Under the pieces are notes generated by a model, which was given only the letters and a program-made list of their open reading frames with translations, did not search any database and was not told the DNA's origin. DNA of 64,000 bases. Origin: an uncultured delta proteobacterium. Its GTDB lineage: Bacteria > Desulfobacterota > RBG-13-43-22. The stretch is taken from NCBI GenBank assembly GCA_963843145.1, contig CAWJJC010000003.1, positions 96,001 through 160,000 on the forward strand, read 5' to 3'. The position numbers and the translations under genes are program-made. Of this stretch, positions 18,635 through 27,964 are shown in pieces; position 1 is the stretch's first letter; every line of letters begins with the position of its first letter.

Positions 18635-18726
18635 AAATAACCTATCCTAGAAAGGGGTATAGGGTAGATTGACCTTAGAGCAGGCCTTGGAGGCCGTCGG
18701 GGCTCGGCGGGCCTAGCGGTCAGGGA

Positions 18727-18759
18727 GGGGTACCCACGCCAAAGGGCGAAGCGTTTAAA
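18727..18759 (+). repeat. Terminal motif of the ~78-bp repeat family
   Basis: GGGGTACCCACGCCAAAGGGCGAAGCGTTTAAA. Confidence 0.6.
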
Positions 18760-18773
18760 AAAGGGAAGGCATC

Positions 18774-19175
18774 ATGGGAATAAAACGCCATTCAGGTTCA
18801 TCTCCAAAACCGGATGGGTTTACTCTGTTGGAAACGGTGATCGCTTTGGGCCTTTTCACCTTGGTCCTTTTATTTTCCACCAATACCTTGATAACCGTCA
18901 TCAAGACCAATGCCCTCAGCCAAAATCGAACGGGGGCCTTGGCCCTGGCTCAGGGGAAAATGGAGTCTCTGAAGTCGCAACCGGTGTCGCTCCTCAGGGG
19001 GGAAACAGAGCCTCAGGTGACCAATGGAAACCTGCCGGTGCTATACCGTCGAGAAACCTCCATTAGTCCGGGGACACCCATGGGCTGTGTCCTGGTGACC
19101 GTGAAGGTTACTTGGCCTTCGGAAACGGCGTCCAACCCCCACAAGGTAGAATTGGCTACCCTGATAGCGGAGTGA
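18774..19175 (+). CDS. Type IV prepilin-like protein (PilV/GspI-like)
   Basis: Class III signal peptide DG|FTLLETVIAL with E+5, hydrophobic helix, ALALAQGKMESLK, VTVKVTW. Confidence 0.8.
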   Translation: MGIKRHSGSSPKPDGFTLLETVIALGLFTLVLLFSTNTLITVIKTNALSQNRTGALALAQGKMESLKSQPVSLLRGETEPQVTNGNLPVLYRRETSISPGTPMGCVLVTVKVTWPSETASNPHKVELATLIAE

Positions 19176-19213
19176 GAAAAACGGCCGCTTCGCCGGAAGG
19201 GGCACTGAAAAAG

Positions 19214-19255
19214 ATGAACGTCGAACATCGAACTTCCAACATCGAACATCGAATG
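19214..19255 (+). repeat. TCGAACA heptamer array (left arm)
   Basis: ATGAACG TCGAACA TCGAACT TCCAACA TCGAACA TCGAATG. Confidence 0.85.
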
Positions 19256-19269
19256 CTCAGTGGGGAAAG

Positions 19270-19608
19270 ATGAAGAAACAGACTTATGATCTGGAAGAAA
19301 GGCTGCTCGAGTTTTCGGTCAGAATAATAAAAATCGTTGAACGGCTTCCCAATACCAGAACAATCGGCCATGTTGCGGGCCAATTGTTAAAATCGGGGAC
19401 TTCACCTTATCCAAACCATGGGGAAGCCCAAGCAGCGGAGTCCCCAAAGGACTTTATCCATAAGCTTCGTATCTCATTAAAGGAACTTAGGGAGACCCAG
19501 AGATGGTTAAAACTTATTCAGCGTTGGACGTTCGATGTTCAATGTTCGATGTTGATCTCGTCGAAAGCAATTGACACCTGGAATGGATTCTTAGAGAATA
19601 CCGACTGA
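19270..19608 (+). CDS. Four-helix-bundle protein (23S rRNA IVS protein / TIGR02436-like), apparently 3'-truncated
   Basis: DLEERL..F...II, QL..SGTS...N..EA..AES..DF.HKL.I..KE..ET..WL motif; family-like sequence stops at about R85, where the right heptamer array begins. Confidence 0.8.
   Translation: MKKQTYDLEERLLEFSVRIIKIVERLPNTRTIGHVAGQLLKSGTSPYPNHGEAQAAESPKDFIHKLRISLKELRETQRWLKLIQRWTFDVQCSMLISSKAIDTWNGFLENTD
19515..19556 (+). repeat. TGTTCGA heptamer array (right arm, inverted relative to 19214-19255)
   Basis: TATTCAG CGTTGGA CGTTCGA TGTTCAA TGTTCGA TGTTGAT. Confidence 0.85.
19571..19599 (+). promoter_or_regulatory. Putative sigma70 promoter of the hybrid kinase
   Basis: TTGACA-17nt-GAGAAT. 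Confidence 0.45.
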
Positions 19609-19621
19609 TTGCGAGGGCATC

Positions 19622-21286
19622 TTGTTGAAAAACCAAAAGACCAAACCGCGAACTTCCCCATCCCCCGTAAAACCAAAAGGGAGCGGGAAGCCCAAAGTTT
19701 CTCTCCGTAAAGATCCGCCCGGACGTCAGGGAGTTCTGCGTCAACTCCAGGTGGCTGAGGAAAAACTGCGACGGACCGAGCACCGCTACCGGACCCTGAT
19801 CGAAAGTATACCGGACATTATCTACACCCTCGAATTGGATGGGTCCTTGAGTTATATCAGCCCCCGCTGGAAAAAAATCCTCGGTCACGACGAGTCCGAA
19901 GTGTTGGGTCGGTTTTTTATTGAATTTGCCCCTCCGGAGGATCATCCTTTTTTGGTTCGAGTATTTAAGGATGTCCGGAACCACAAAAAAAACGTGGAGA
20001 ACGTCCATTGGCATTATTTAAAGAAGGATGGGACCAGTCGGTTTTTCTTAGGCAGCGCGGCTCCACTTTACGATGAGGAAGGACGGGTGACCGGGATGAT
20101 CGGCATGGCCCGGGACGTAACCGACCATAAAAGGGTGGAGGAACAGCTCCTGCAGTCGCAAAAAATGGAATCTATCGGCAACCTGGCTGGGGGGATTGCC
20201 CATGGCTTCAACAACCTCCTGGGGGGTATTTTAGGTTACGCGACCTTTGTAAAAAGAAAACTTTCAACCCGGGATAAAATCTATCAGTCGGTCGAGGCAA
20301 TTGAGCGATCGGCCCAAAGAGCGGCGGAGTTGACCAAACAGTTATTGGGGTTCGCCCGCCGGGGGAAATACCAGGTCAGGCCCATCGACTGTAACGCCTT
20401 AATCCAGGAAATTGTCCTCATCCTCCAGCGAACCATTGATCCCCGGATTGCCATAGAGGTGGACCCCGACCCTCGGCTAGCCCTTATTGAGGGGGACGAG
20501 ACCCAAGTCCAGCAGGCCCTGATGAATATCTGCCTTAATGCCCGAGATGCCATGCCCAAAGGGGGGACTTTAAAGATTGCCAGCCGGAATCAGCGGATGA
20601 TCCCGGATCAGGCTTCCCGTCAGCGGGGAATGAAGGAAGGGAGTTATATCCGCCTGACCCTTGCGGATACCGGGACCGGCATGAGTCCTGAGGTCCGGAA
20701 CCGAATTTTTGAGCCTTTCTTCACCACCAAGGCCAAAGGTCAGGGGACCGGACTGGGGCTTTCCATGGTCTACGGCATCATCCAGAACCATGGGGGAACG
20801 ATTGAAGTGCAAAGTCACACCGGGACAGGCAGCACCTTTACGGTATTCCTCCCGGCCGTAGCTCCCGTCGCCTTGAATGGTGAAGAGGTTCCCCCGGTTC
20901 CGGATACGCATCAGGGGAAGGAAACCATTCTTTTAGTGGATGACGAGGAAATCATTCGGGATTTGGGGGTCGACCTTTTGGAAGACCGCGGGTATCGAGT
21001 CTTTTCAACATCTGAGGGAAGGGAGGCGGTCAGGATTTACCGGAAACGGGCTCGCGAAATCGACTTAGTTATTCTGGACGTGATGATGCCCGGGATCGGG
21101 GGAAAGGAAACCTATAGGCAATTAAGGGCGATAAATCCGCAGGTTAAAGTGTTGCTTTCTTCCGGGTACAGTACCGAAGGTGAAGTAGGCGAGATCCTTA
21201 AACAGGGCGTTTCCGGTTTCGTTCAAAAGCCCTATCGGGAGGAAGAGCTGGCCGCCAAGGTTCGGGAAGTTTTAGACGCTCCATAA
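19622..21286 (+). CDS. PAS-domain hybrid sensor histidine kinase with receiver domain (CckA-like)
   Basis: PAS/PAC, QKMESIGNLAGGIAH, NARDAMP, EPFFTTK..GTGLGL, receiver ILLVDDE..LDVMMP..QKP. Confidence 0.92.
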   Translation: MLKNQKTKPRTSPSPVKPKGSGKPKVSLRKDPPGRQGVLRQLQVAEEKLRRTEHRYRTLIESIPDIIYTLELDGSLSYISPRWKKILGHDESEVLGRFFIEFAPPEDHPFLVRVFKDVRNHKKNVENVHWHYLKKDGTSRFFLGSAAPLYDEEGRVTGMIGMARDVTDHKRVEEQLLQSQKMESIGNLAGGIAHGFNNLLGGILGYATFVKRKLSTRDKIYQSVEAIERSAQRAAELTKQLLGFARRGKYQVRPIDCNALIQEIVLILQRTIDPRIAIEVDPDPRLALIEGDETQVQQALMNICLNARDAMPKGGTLKIASRNQRMIPDQASRQRGMKEGSYIRLTLADTGTGMSPEVRNRIFEPFFTTKAKGQGTGLGLSMVYGIIQNHGGTIEVQSHTGTGSTFTVFLPAVAPVALNGEEVPPVPDTHQGKETILLVDDEEIIRDLGVDLLEDRGYRVFSTSEGREAVRIYRKRAREIDLVILDVMMPGIGGKETYRQLRAINPQVKVLLSSGYSTEGEVGEILKQGVSGFVQKPYREEELAAKVREVLDAP

Positions 21287-21291
21287 ATTCC

Positions 21292-21320
21292 TTGATTATC
21301 CCTGGGCATTGCGTTAAATT
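21292..21320 (+). promoter_or_regulatory. Putative sigma70 promoter (leaderless transcript)
   Basis: TTGATT-17nt-TAAATT, 6 nt before ATG 21327. Confidence 0.45.
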
Positions 21321-21326
21321 TTCTTG

Positions 21327-22046
21327 ATGCTAATTGAAGCCTTGACCATGCCGGAGTTTCATGAGCGGCTTCGGAGCAGCCGGACGGTTTTGATCCCGGT
21401 GGGCTCCGTGGAAGAACACGGCAATCATCTCCCCCTCGGTACCGATACTATCCACGCCTTTGAGGTCTGCCGCCTGGCCGGTGAACGAACCGGGGCCTTT
21501 GTCGCCCCGCCCGTCTATTACGGGGTTTGTCGCAGTACCAGCCAGCATCCGGGGACCCTGACCATCTCCGGAGATACTTTAAGGGCGTTGATTAAAGATA
21601 TCGGAGCGGCTCTTTATCAGCAAGGGTTGCGCAATATAATCATCCTTTCAGGCCATGCCGGGGGGACCCACACCTCGGCCTTGGTTGAAGCGGGGGAAGC
21701 TCTTCTGGAAAGGCTTCCTGAGGCTCGAGTCGCGGCCTTGAACATTTTGGACTTAGGGGCGGCCGTTTGGGAACCGATCATTGAAACCAAAGGGGATGCC
21801 CACGCGGGGGAACTGGAAACGTCGGTCATGATGGCCTTAAGACCAGGTTGGGTTAAGGGAAGTAGTCCGGAGGAGTACCCCAGCTTTCCAAAGGCCATTT
21901 TGGTCCGGAACAAAAGGAAATTCTGGCCGGGAGGAGTTTGGGGTGATCCGGCCAAGGCCTCGCTGGAAAAAGGCGCGGCTCTTTTGGAAGCAACTACCGG
22001 GGCGCTGGTGGAATTAATCAACCTACTGGAGCACGGAGAGAGTTAA
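21327..22046 (+). CDS. Creatininase-family amidohydrolase
   Basis: PVGSVEEHGNHLPLGTD, H..PGT, GHAGG, HAGELETS, GVWGDP. Confidence 0.88.
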   Translation: MLIEALTMPEFHERLRSSRTVLIPVGSVEEHGNHLPLGTDTIHAFEVCRLAGERTGAFVAPPVYYGVCRSTSQHPGTLTISGDTLRALIKDIGAALYQQGLRNIIILSGHAGGTHTSALVEAGEALLERLPEARVAALNILDLGAAVWEPIIETKGDAHAGELETSVMMALRPGWVKGSSPEEYPSFPKAILVRNKRKFWPGGVWGDPAKASLEKGAALLEATTGALVELINLLEHGES

Positions 22047-22053
22047 TAACGAT

Positions 22054-22563
22054 ATGAAAGTTAATAAAAAAATAGCATGTATGGCCCTGTTTTTTTTGAG
22101 CGCCCTTTGGTTTTCCTGGCCCTGGGAACAAGCAGCCTCAGGGACTCAAGGGTTGAAGGCTGTGCCCGACTTTATCCTGAAGGACCTCAGCCAAAAAAAA
22201 GTAAAATTAACCGATTTTAAGGGCAAAGTGGTTATTTTGAATTTTTTTGCCACCTGGTGCCCCCCCTGCCGGCTGGAAATTCCCGAGCTGGTTAAATTAT
22301 ACCGTTTGAATAAAGAGAAGGGGTTGGTGGTCCTCGGGATCTCCCTGGATGAGGACGTGCCTCCCCAAGATCTGATGACCTTCGTCAAGAATATGAAAAT
22401 TACCTACCCGATCTTGATGGGAACCAAGGATGTGCTGGAAAAGTATGAGATCGGCGGGGTACCTACCACTATACTTATCAATCGGGAGGGTAAGGCCTTT
22501 ACTCGCTATGACGGTTTGGTGCCGGCCAGCCGGTTCGAAAAAGATCTTAGTAAATTGCTGTAA
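22054..22563 (+). CDS. TlpA-family thiol-disulfide oxidoreductase
   Basis: N-terminal signal/anchor, NFFATWCPPCRLEIP. Confidence 0.9.
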   Translation: MKVNKKIACMALFFLSALWFSWPWEQAASGTQGLKAVPDFILKDLSQKKVKLTDFKGKVVILNFFATWCPPCRLEIPELVKLYRLNKEKGLVVLGISLDEDVPPQDLMTFVKNMKITYPILMGTKDVLEKYEIGGVPTTILINREGKAFTRYDGLVPASRFEKDLSKLL

Positions 22564-22569
22564 TTTATA

Positions 22570-23028
22570 CTAAAGGAGCTTTTCACGCCGGAGGATTTGT
22601 TCAACCCGTTTTTTAACCTCAAAAGGTTGATCCAGGCCAAACCACCAAAGATCCGGCGATCCAGCCGTCGCGGGTTGGAATTGCAGATGGCCGATCCCGA
22701 CCAGACGGTGTACCACGCCCCGGCGGACGATCACGGAATCAATCTCAGCCAGAGGCATTTTTTTTACCTGAACCAGTCCCCCCCACCCGAATTCCCGGCT
22801 AAATATGCCGGCCCCGTATTTATAGGAAGAATATTGTCTGATCAGGATTATAAACGCAACCAATAGGGCGGCAATTACTCCCCCGATCTCGCGACTTATG
22901 GGTGCTTCGGGGTTTAAGAGCGGTCCGAGTCCAAAGATAACGATAGCCGCGTAAAAAACGAAATAACTTTTCCAGGACGGTTTCAGGCTTAATTCCTCCC
23001 GGGAGGAAGGGGCGGGTGCTGGTTCCAT
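22570..23028 (-). CDS. Bacterial PH-domain (bPH_2-like) membrane protein
   Basis: LKPSW, two TM helices, I..V.V.RG...RL.GIG.L pattern. Confidence 0.6.
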   Translation of the reverse strand: MEPAPAPSSREELSLKPSWKSYFVFYAAIVIFGLGPLLNPEAPISREIGGVIAALLVAFIILIRQYSSYKYGAGIFSREFGWGGLVQVKKMPLAEIDSVIVRRGVVHRLVGIGHLQFQPATAGSPDLWWFGLDQPFEVKKRVEQILRREKLL

Positions 23029-23089
23029 GGCTGGGAATACTCCTTAGCCGGCATATAATCATAACCCCGAAAATTATGCAATTTTTTTA

Positions 23090-23118
23090 TTGATTTTTTA
23101 GAAAAATATTATTATACT
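23090..23118 (+). promoter_or_regulatory. Sigma70 promoter of the tRNA-tuf operon
   Basis: TTGATT-17nt-TATACT in an AT-rich region. Confidence 0.65.
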
Positions 23119-23186
23119 TATTGTTTTACATGCCCTGGAATAACGGGGAGATGGACAAATTATACGTAAATAGAAGGAGTTAAAAA

Positions 23187-23262
23187 GCCAGCGTAGCTCA
23201 GCAGGTAGAGCGACTGATTTGTAATCAGTTGGTCGGGGGTTCGAATCCCTTCGCTGGCTCCA
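23187..23262 (+). tRNA. tRNA-Thr(UGU)
   Basis: Cloverleaf, anticodon arm CTGAT-TTGTAA-TCAG, GTTCGAATC, CCA end. Confidence 0.95.
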
Positions 23263-23333
23263 GGTAGCGGGGCGGCAGGAGAATGTTCCTGCTGTGTCTT
23301 CCCTTGCTTTATTACCTTAAGTCCCTAATTTAA

Positions 23334-23418
23334 GGAGGGGTTCCCGAGCGGCCAAAGGGAACAGACTGTAAATCTGTCGGCCATGCCTTCGGAGGTTCGA
23401 ATCCTCCCCCCTCCACCA
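23334..23418 (+). tRNA. tRNA-Tyr(GUA)
   Basis: ACAGA-CTGTAAA-TCTGT, long variable arm, CCA end. Confidence 0.95.
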
Positions 23419-23548
23419 GCCCGTTAGGATATGGTTTCCATTGGCAGGTTTTCCCGTCCAATGAAAGGTGTAGGAGATTAGGTTCGTTTAACTAAATTGG
23501 TTTGACTACAGCCATAAAATCCAGGTCTACGAAATTTTTCCAAATTAG

Positions 23549-23625
23549 GCGGGAGTAGCTCAGTTGGCTAGAGCGTCAGCCTTCCAAGCTGAGGGTCGCG
23601 GGTTCGAATCCCGTTTCCCGCTCCA
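23549..23625 (+). tRNA. tRNA-Gly(UCC)
   Basis: TCAGC-CTTCCAA-GCTGA, CCA end. Confidence 0.95.
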
Positions 23626-23689
23626 TTAATCAGCGCCGCCGCCCTGGTTTTTTTCGGGCGGCCTGAGGCGAATCAAATATAAGGGAAAA

Positions 23690-23765
<76 letters not shown>

Positions 23766-23839
23766 GAAGGTATGAATCTTTCAACTCTTGATCAATTAAC
23801 AAGAACAGATTGAAAACTTAACGAAGGGGGACGAGACTG

Positions 23840-25039
23840 ATGGCCAAGAAGAAATTTGAACGGACGAAGCCGCATGTGAATGTGGGGACGATCGGGCATA
23901 TTGATCATGGGAAGACGACCTTGACGGCGGCGATCACGCTTTGTTTATCGAAGACCGGGTTTGCGAATTACATACCCTTTGACGAGATCGACAAGGCGCC
24001 GGAGGAGAAGGAGCGGGGCATTACGATCGCCACGGCCCACGTGGAGTACGAGACCAAGAAGCGGCATTATGCGCACGTGGACTGTCCGGGGCACGCGGAC
24101 TATATCAAGAACATGATCACCGGGGCGGCGCAGATGGACGGGGCGATTCTGGTGGTGGGGGCGGATGACGGGCCGATGCCGCAGACGCGGGAGCATATTT
24201 TATTGGGACGCCAGGTGGGCGTGCCGTACATTGTGGTTTTTTTGAACAAGGTGGACATGGTGGATGATCCGGAGTTGATTGAGCTGGTGGAGCTGGAACT
24301 GCGGGAACTCTTGAGCAAGTATGAGTATCCGGGGGACGATATCCCGATCATCAAGGGATCGGCGCTGAAAGCGCTGGAGTGCGGCTGCGGGAAAGGGGAC
24401 TGTCCCAGTTGCCAGCCCATCCTGGAGCTGATGGAGGCGATCGACAATTATGTACCGGAGCCGGTGCGGGATATTGAGAAGCCGTTTTTGATGCCGGTGG
24501 AGGACGTGTTCAGCATTTCGGGCCGGGGGACGGTAGTCACGGGCCGGGTGGAACGCGGGATGATCAAGGTCGGTGAGGAAGTGGAGATCGTGGGGATTCG
24601 GCCGACGGTGAAGACGATCTGTACCGGGGTGGAGATGTTTCGGAAGACCTTGGATCAGGGCCAGGCGGGAGACAACGTGGGGTTGCTGCTGCGGGGGACC
24701 AAGCGGGACGATGTGGAGCGGGGTCAGGTGGTAGCCAAGACGGGATCGATCACGCCGCACACCAAGTTCAAGGCGGAGTCGTACATTCTGTCGAAGGAGG
24801 AAGGCGGGCGGCACACGCCGTTTTTCAACGGCTACCGGCCGCAGTTTTATTTTCGGACCACCGACGTGACGGGGGTGGTGACCCTGCCGGAAGGGGTGGA
24901 GATGGTGATGCCGGGAGACAACGTCTCGATGACGGTGTCCTTGATCATGCCCATTGCCATGGAGAAGGAACTCCGCTTTGCCATTCGTGAGGGAGGTCGG
25001 ACCGTAGGCGCCGGCGTGATCTCCGAAATCTTGGAATAA
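23840..25039 (+). CDS. tuf: Elongation factor Tu (tRNA-linked copy)
   Basis: [28 protein letters not shown]. Confidence 0.98.
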   Translation: MAKKKFERTKPHVNVGTIGHIDHGKTTLTAAITLCLSKTGFANYIPFDEIDKAPEEKERGITIATAHVEYETKKRHYAHVDCPGHADYIKNMITGAAQMDGAILVVGADDGPMPQTREHILLGRQVGVPYIVVFLNKVDMVDDPELIELVELELRELLSKYEYPGDDIPIIKGSALKALECGCGKGDCPSCQPILELMEAIDNYVPEPVRDIEKPFLMPVEDVFSISGRGTVVTGRVERGMIKVGEEVEIVGIRPTVKTICTGVEMFRKTLDQGQAGDNVGLLLRGTKRDDVERGQVVAKTGSITPHTKFKAESYILSKEEGGRHTPFFNGYRPQFYFRTTDVTGVVTLPEGVEMVMPGDNVSMTVSLIMPIAMEKELRFAIREGGRTVGAGVISEILE

Positions 25040-25087
25040 CAGCCAGGTCGAGAAGGAATCCTCGCCTGTCGGGATCAGGGAACGAAT

Positions 25088-25237
25088 ATGCGCGATATTA
25101 TTAATTTATCTTGTACGACCTGTAAGCAGAAGAATTATACCACCACCAAAAACAAGCGGAAGACCCCGGATAAGTTGGAATTAAAAAAGTATTGCCGCTT
25201 CTGTCAGACCCACACGGTCCACAAGGAAACCAAATAA
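25088..25237 (+). CDS. rpmG: 50S ribosomal protein L33 (Zn-binding form)
   Basis: [49 protein letters not shown]; below the ORF-track size cut-off. Confidence 0.95.
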   Translation: MRDIINLSCTTCKQKNYTTTKNKRKTPDKLELKKYCRFCQTHTVHKETK

Positions 25238-25270
25238 CGAACCGATCGTTATTCACCGGAGTTAATCCGC

Positions 25271-25347
25271 AGGCCAGTAGCTCCAACGGTTAGAGCACCG
25301 GACTCCAAATCCGGGTGTTGGGGGTTCGAATCCCTCCTGGCCTGCCA
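25271..25347 (+). tRNA. tRNA-Trp(CCA)
   Basis: CCGGA-CTCCAAA-TCCGG, CCA end, canonical position before secE. Confidence 0.95.
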
Positions 25348-25380
25348 AATTTGTTCAAAGGGACTGGGAACCCGGGGGAG

Positions 25381-25755
25381 ATGAAGAAACTAAAACCGAA
25401 AAAAAAGAGCGGGGCGGGCGAAATTGACAAAACGGTCGAGGAAAAACCAACCAGAGACCCCCAATCCGCTATGGCTCCTAAGGAAACTAAGGTCAGCCTG
25501 AGAAAACCCCCCTCGGACGAAGCCGTCTCCGAGGGGCTGGTTGCCGGGTGGACCAAAAAACTACAATTTATTGAGCCGACCAAGACTTTTTTCCGGGAAG
25601 TTCGGATGGAGCTGAAAAAGGTCACCTGGCCGACCCGCAAAGAGACCTTGGCCGCCACCGCCATGGTCATTATTCTTTCGGTGATCGTAGCCTTTTTCTT
25701 GGGGATACTGGATGTGGCCTTAGCCAAATTGGTTGGTTCCATTATGGGGCGCTGA
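25381..25755 (+). CDS. secE: Preprotein translocase SecE
   Basis: FFREVRMELKKVTWPTRKE + single TM; extended charged N-terminus. Confidence 0.9.
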   Translation: MKKLKPKKKSGAGEIDKTVEEKPTRDPQSAMAPKETKVSLRKPPSDEAVSEGLVAGWTKKLQFIEPTKTFFREVRMELKKVTWPTRKETLAATAMVIILSVIVAFFLGILDVALAKLVGSIMGR

Positions 25756-25827
25756 ACGGTTCCTTTCAGAGGAGCGGCGGCGTAAGGATTTATCGGTTTA
25801 CCCAGGAAGGGGTAACGGGGTTGGGCC

Positions 25828-26358
25828 ATGGCGCATAAATGGTATATCGTACACACCTATTCGGGATTTGAACTTAAGGTCAAATTGGCCTTGGAGGAGC
25901 AAGTAAAATCCCAGGGCCTGGAAGCTCTTTTTTCGCAAGTCTTGGTTCCAACGGAACAAGTAGTGGAACTGGTCAAGGGCGAGCGAAAGACCTCCTCCCG
26001 CAAGTTTTATCCTGGGTATGTGCTGATTAAAATGGAGTTGAATGACGATACCTGGCACTTGGTTAAAGATACCCCCAAGGTGACCGGGTTTATCGGCGAA
26101 AAGAACAAGCCGGCTATTATACCGGACGAGGAAGCCGAAAAGGTCATTGAACAAATGGCCGAAGGGGCGATCCGTCCGAAACCCAAGTTTTACTTTGAGG
26201 AGGGGGATGAAGTTCAGGTGATCGATGGCCCTTTCTCCAATTTTAACGGGGTAGTGGATGAGGTCAAACCGGATAAGTGCAAGCTGAAAGTACTGATCAG
26301 TATTTTTGGTCGCTCTACGCCGGTGGAATTGGATTTTGTCCAGGTGGCCAAGTCATAG
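25828..26358 (+). CDS. nusG: Transcription factor NusG
   Basis: WYIVHTYSG, FYPGYVL, KOW GPFSNF, IFGRSTPVEL. Confidence 0.97.
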   Translation: MAHKWYIVHTYSGFELKVKLALEEQVKSQGLEALFSQVLVPTEQVVELVKGERKTSSRKFYPGYVLIKMELNDDTWHLVKDTPKVTGFIGEKNKPAIIPDEEAEKVIEQMAEGAIRPKPKFYFEEGDEVQVIDGPFSNFNGVVDEVKPDKCKLKVLISIFGRSTPVELDFVQVAKS

Positions 26359-26503
26359 TCGGCGGCCCATAAAGGTCCCCGGTTTGGTCGGATCGAGATA
26401 AGCAAACGGCCGATCACCGGAAAGTGTTGAATAACCCCTTGGCCATTCATAAGAATGGCCTTCCGTAGGGGAAAGGCATTTAAGACGAAGGAGAACCGTT
26501 GAA

Positions 26504-26926
26504 ATGGCTAAGAAAATCATTGCCTATATAAAACTGCAGGTGCCGGCGGGACAGGCGAATCCTTCTCCCCCCATTGGACCGGCGCTAGGCCAGCACGGCG
26601 TCAATATCATGGAGTTCTGCAAGGCCTTCAATGCCCGCACTCAGGGCCAGGAAGGGATGATCATCCCCGTGGTTTTGACTGTTTTTGCCGACCGTTCCTT
26701 CACTTTTATAACCAAAACCCCGCCGGCCTCGGTGCTTTTGAAAAAAGCGGCCCAGATTGCTAAAGGATCCAGTGTGCCGAATCGGGATAAGGTGGGACGG
26801 GTTTCACCGGCCCAGGTGGAAGAGATCGCCAAGTTAAAAATGCCGGATTTAAATGCCGCCAGTTTAAACGCTGCGATTAAGATCATCGAAGGCACGGCGC
26901 GCAGCATGGGCATTGACATCGGCTGA
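26504..26926 (+). CDS. rplK: 50S ribosomal protein L11
   Basis: [15 protein letters not shown]. Confidence 0.97.
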   Translation: MAKKIIAYIKLQVPAGQANPSPPIGPALGQHGVNIMEFCKAFNARTQGQEGMIIPVVLTVFADRSFTFITKTPPASVLLKKAAQIAKGSSVPNRDKVGRVSPAQVEEIAKLKMPDLNAASLNAAIKIIEGTARSMGIDIG

Positions 26927-26960
26927 GTTAACTATCAGGAAAAGAGGTAGGAAATACGCT

Positions 26961-27665
26961 ATGCCAAAGAATGGGAAGAACTATAATCAGGCTCGTGAGC
27001 AAGTGGATCGGACCAAGCGCTATCCCTTGGAAGAAGCGGTTCAATTGGCCGTTAAAGCCTCCTATGTCAAATTTGACGAGACGGTGGATATGGCGGTCCG
27101 ATTGGGGGTGGACCCTAGGCATGCCGACCAGATGGTTCGGGGGGCCGTTGTCCTCCCCAACGGCACCGGAAAAACCACCCGGGTGTTGGTTTTTGCCAAA
27201 GGGGAAAAAGAAAAAGAGGCCTTGGATTCAGGTGCCGACGTGGCGGGATCGGAAGAATTGATTGAAAAGATCAAAGGCGGCTGGCTGGAATTCGATAAGG
27301 CCGTCGCTACTCCCGACCTGATGGGCCAGGTGGGAAAAATCGGAAAAATTTTAGGGCCCCGGGGGCTGATGCCTAACGCCAAGACCGGCACCGTAACCTT
27401 TGACGTGGCCAAAGCCATTCGGGAGATCAAGGCCGGTAAAATCGAATTTCGCGTGGAAAAAAACGGCATCGTCCATGCCCCGATGGGACGGGTTTCCTTC
27501 GGGCTGGATAAATTGATCCCCAATATTTTATCTTTTTTCGACACTATTCTGCGTCTTAAACCATCCAGTGCCAAAGGAACGTATCTCAAAAGCATAACTA
27601 TTTCGACTACCATGGGTCCAGGAATCAAAATCGACCCTTCTTTTATCAAAGAAATCGGGAAGTAG
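26961..27665 (+). CDS. rplA: 50S ribosomal protein L1
   Basis: [22 protein letters not shown]. Confidence 0.97.
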   Translation: MPKNGKNYNQAREQVDRTKRYPLEEAVQLAVKASYVKFDETVDMAVRLGVDPRHADQMVRGAVVLPNGTGKTTRVLVFAKGEKEKEALDSGADVAGSEELIEKIKGGWLEFDKAVATPDLMGQVGKIGKILGPRGLMPNAKTGTVTFDVAKAIREIKAGKIEFRVEKNGIVHAPMGRVSFGLDKLIPNILSFFDTILRLKPSSAKGTYLKSITISTTMGPGIKIDPSFIKEIGK

Positions 27666-27822
27666 CCCAACCGGTCCCTTTTGAACCCCTGGAGAGATTT
27701 ATTCTTGACCGGGGGGCGACGTGAAAAAGAGACTTTCGGGCCTTCTTCTGGAACTGGAAGGCCCGGCGAACCGATCGATTTGTTCCCTGGATATTAATGA
27801 TCAACCAAAGCCAACCGTTCCA

Positions 27823-27884
27823 CGAGTTAAAGACCGTAGGTGCCTGCCAGGCTTTAAATGATTTTTTCAGCCTACCGAGACTCG
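27823..27884 (+). promoter_or_regulatory. L10 leader (rplJ autoregulatory RNA)
   Basis: AAGACCGTAGG...TTAAA...CCTACCGAGAC pattern upstream of rplJ. Confidence 0.75.
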
Positions 27885-27964
27885 GATATTCCGACTGAAC
27901 TCAGCTGTCGGCCCCACGGATTTGACCGCCGAAGAACGAATGGTAAGAAAGGAGGGGTGCATTC

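Noticed and set aside
19183-19203. CGCTTCGCCGGAAGGGG as another copy of the 78-bp repeat terminus
   Set aside because: Only ~9 nt match exactly; too short to support.
19214-19556. Heptamer arrays as a CRISPR array or DGR
   Set aside because: The units are 7 nt with no unique spacers and no cas genes; there is no reverse transcriptase or TR/VR pair in the window despite the Avd-like fold.
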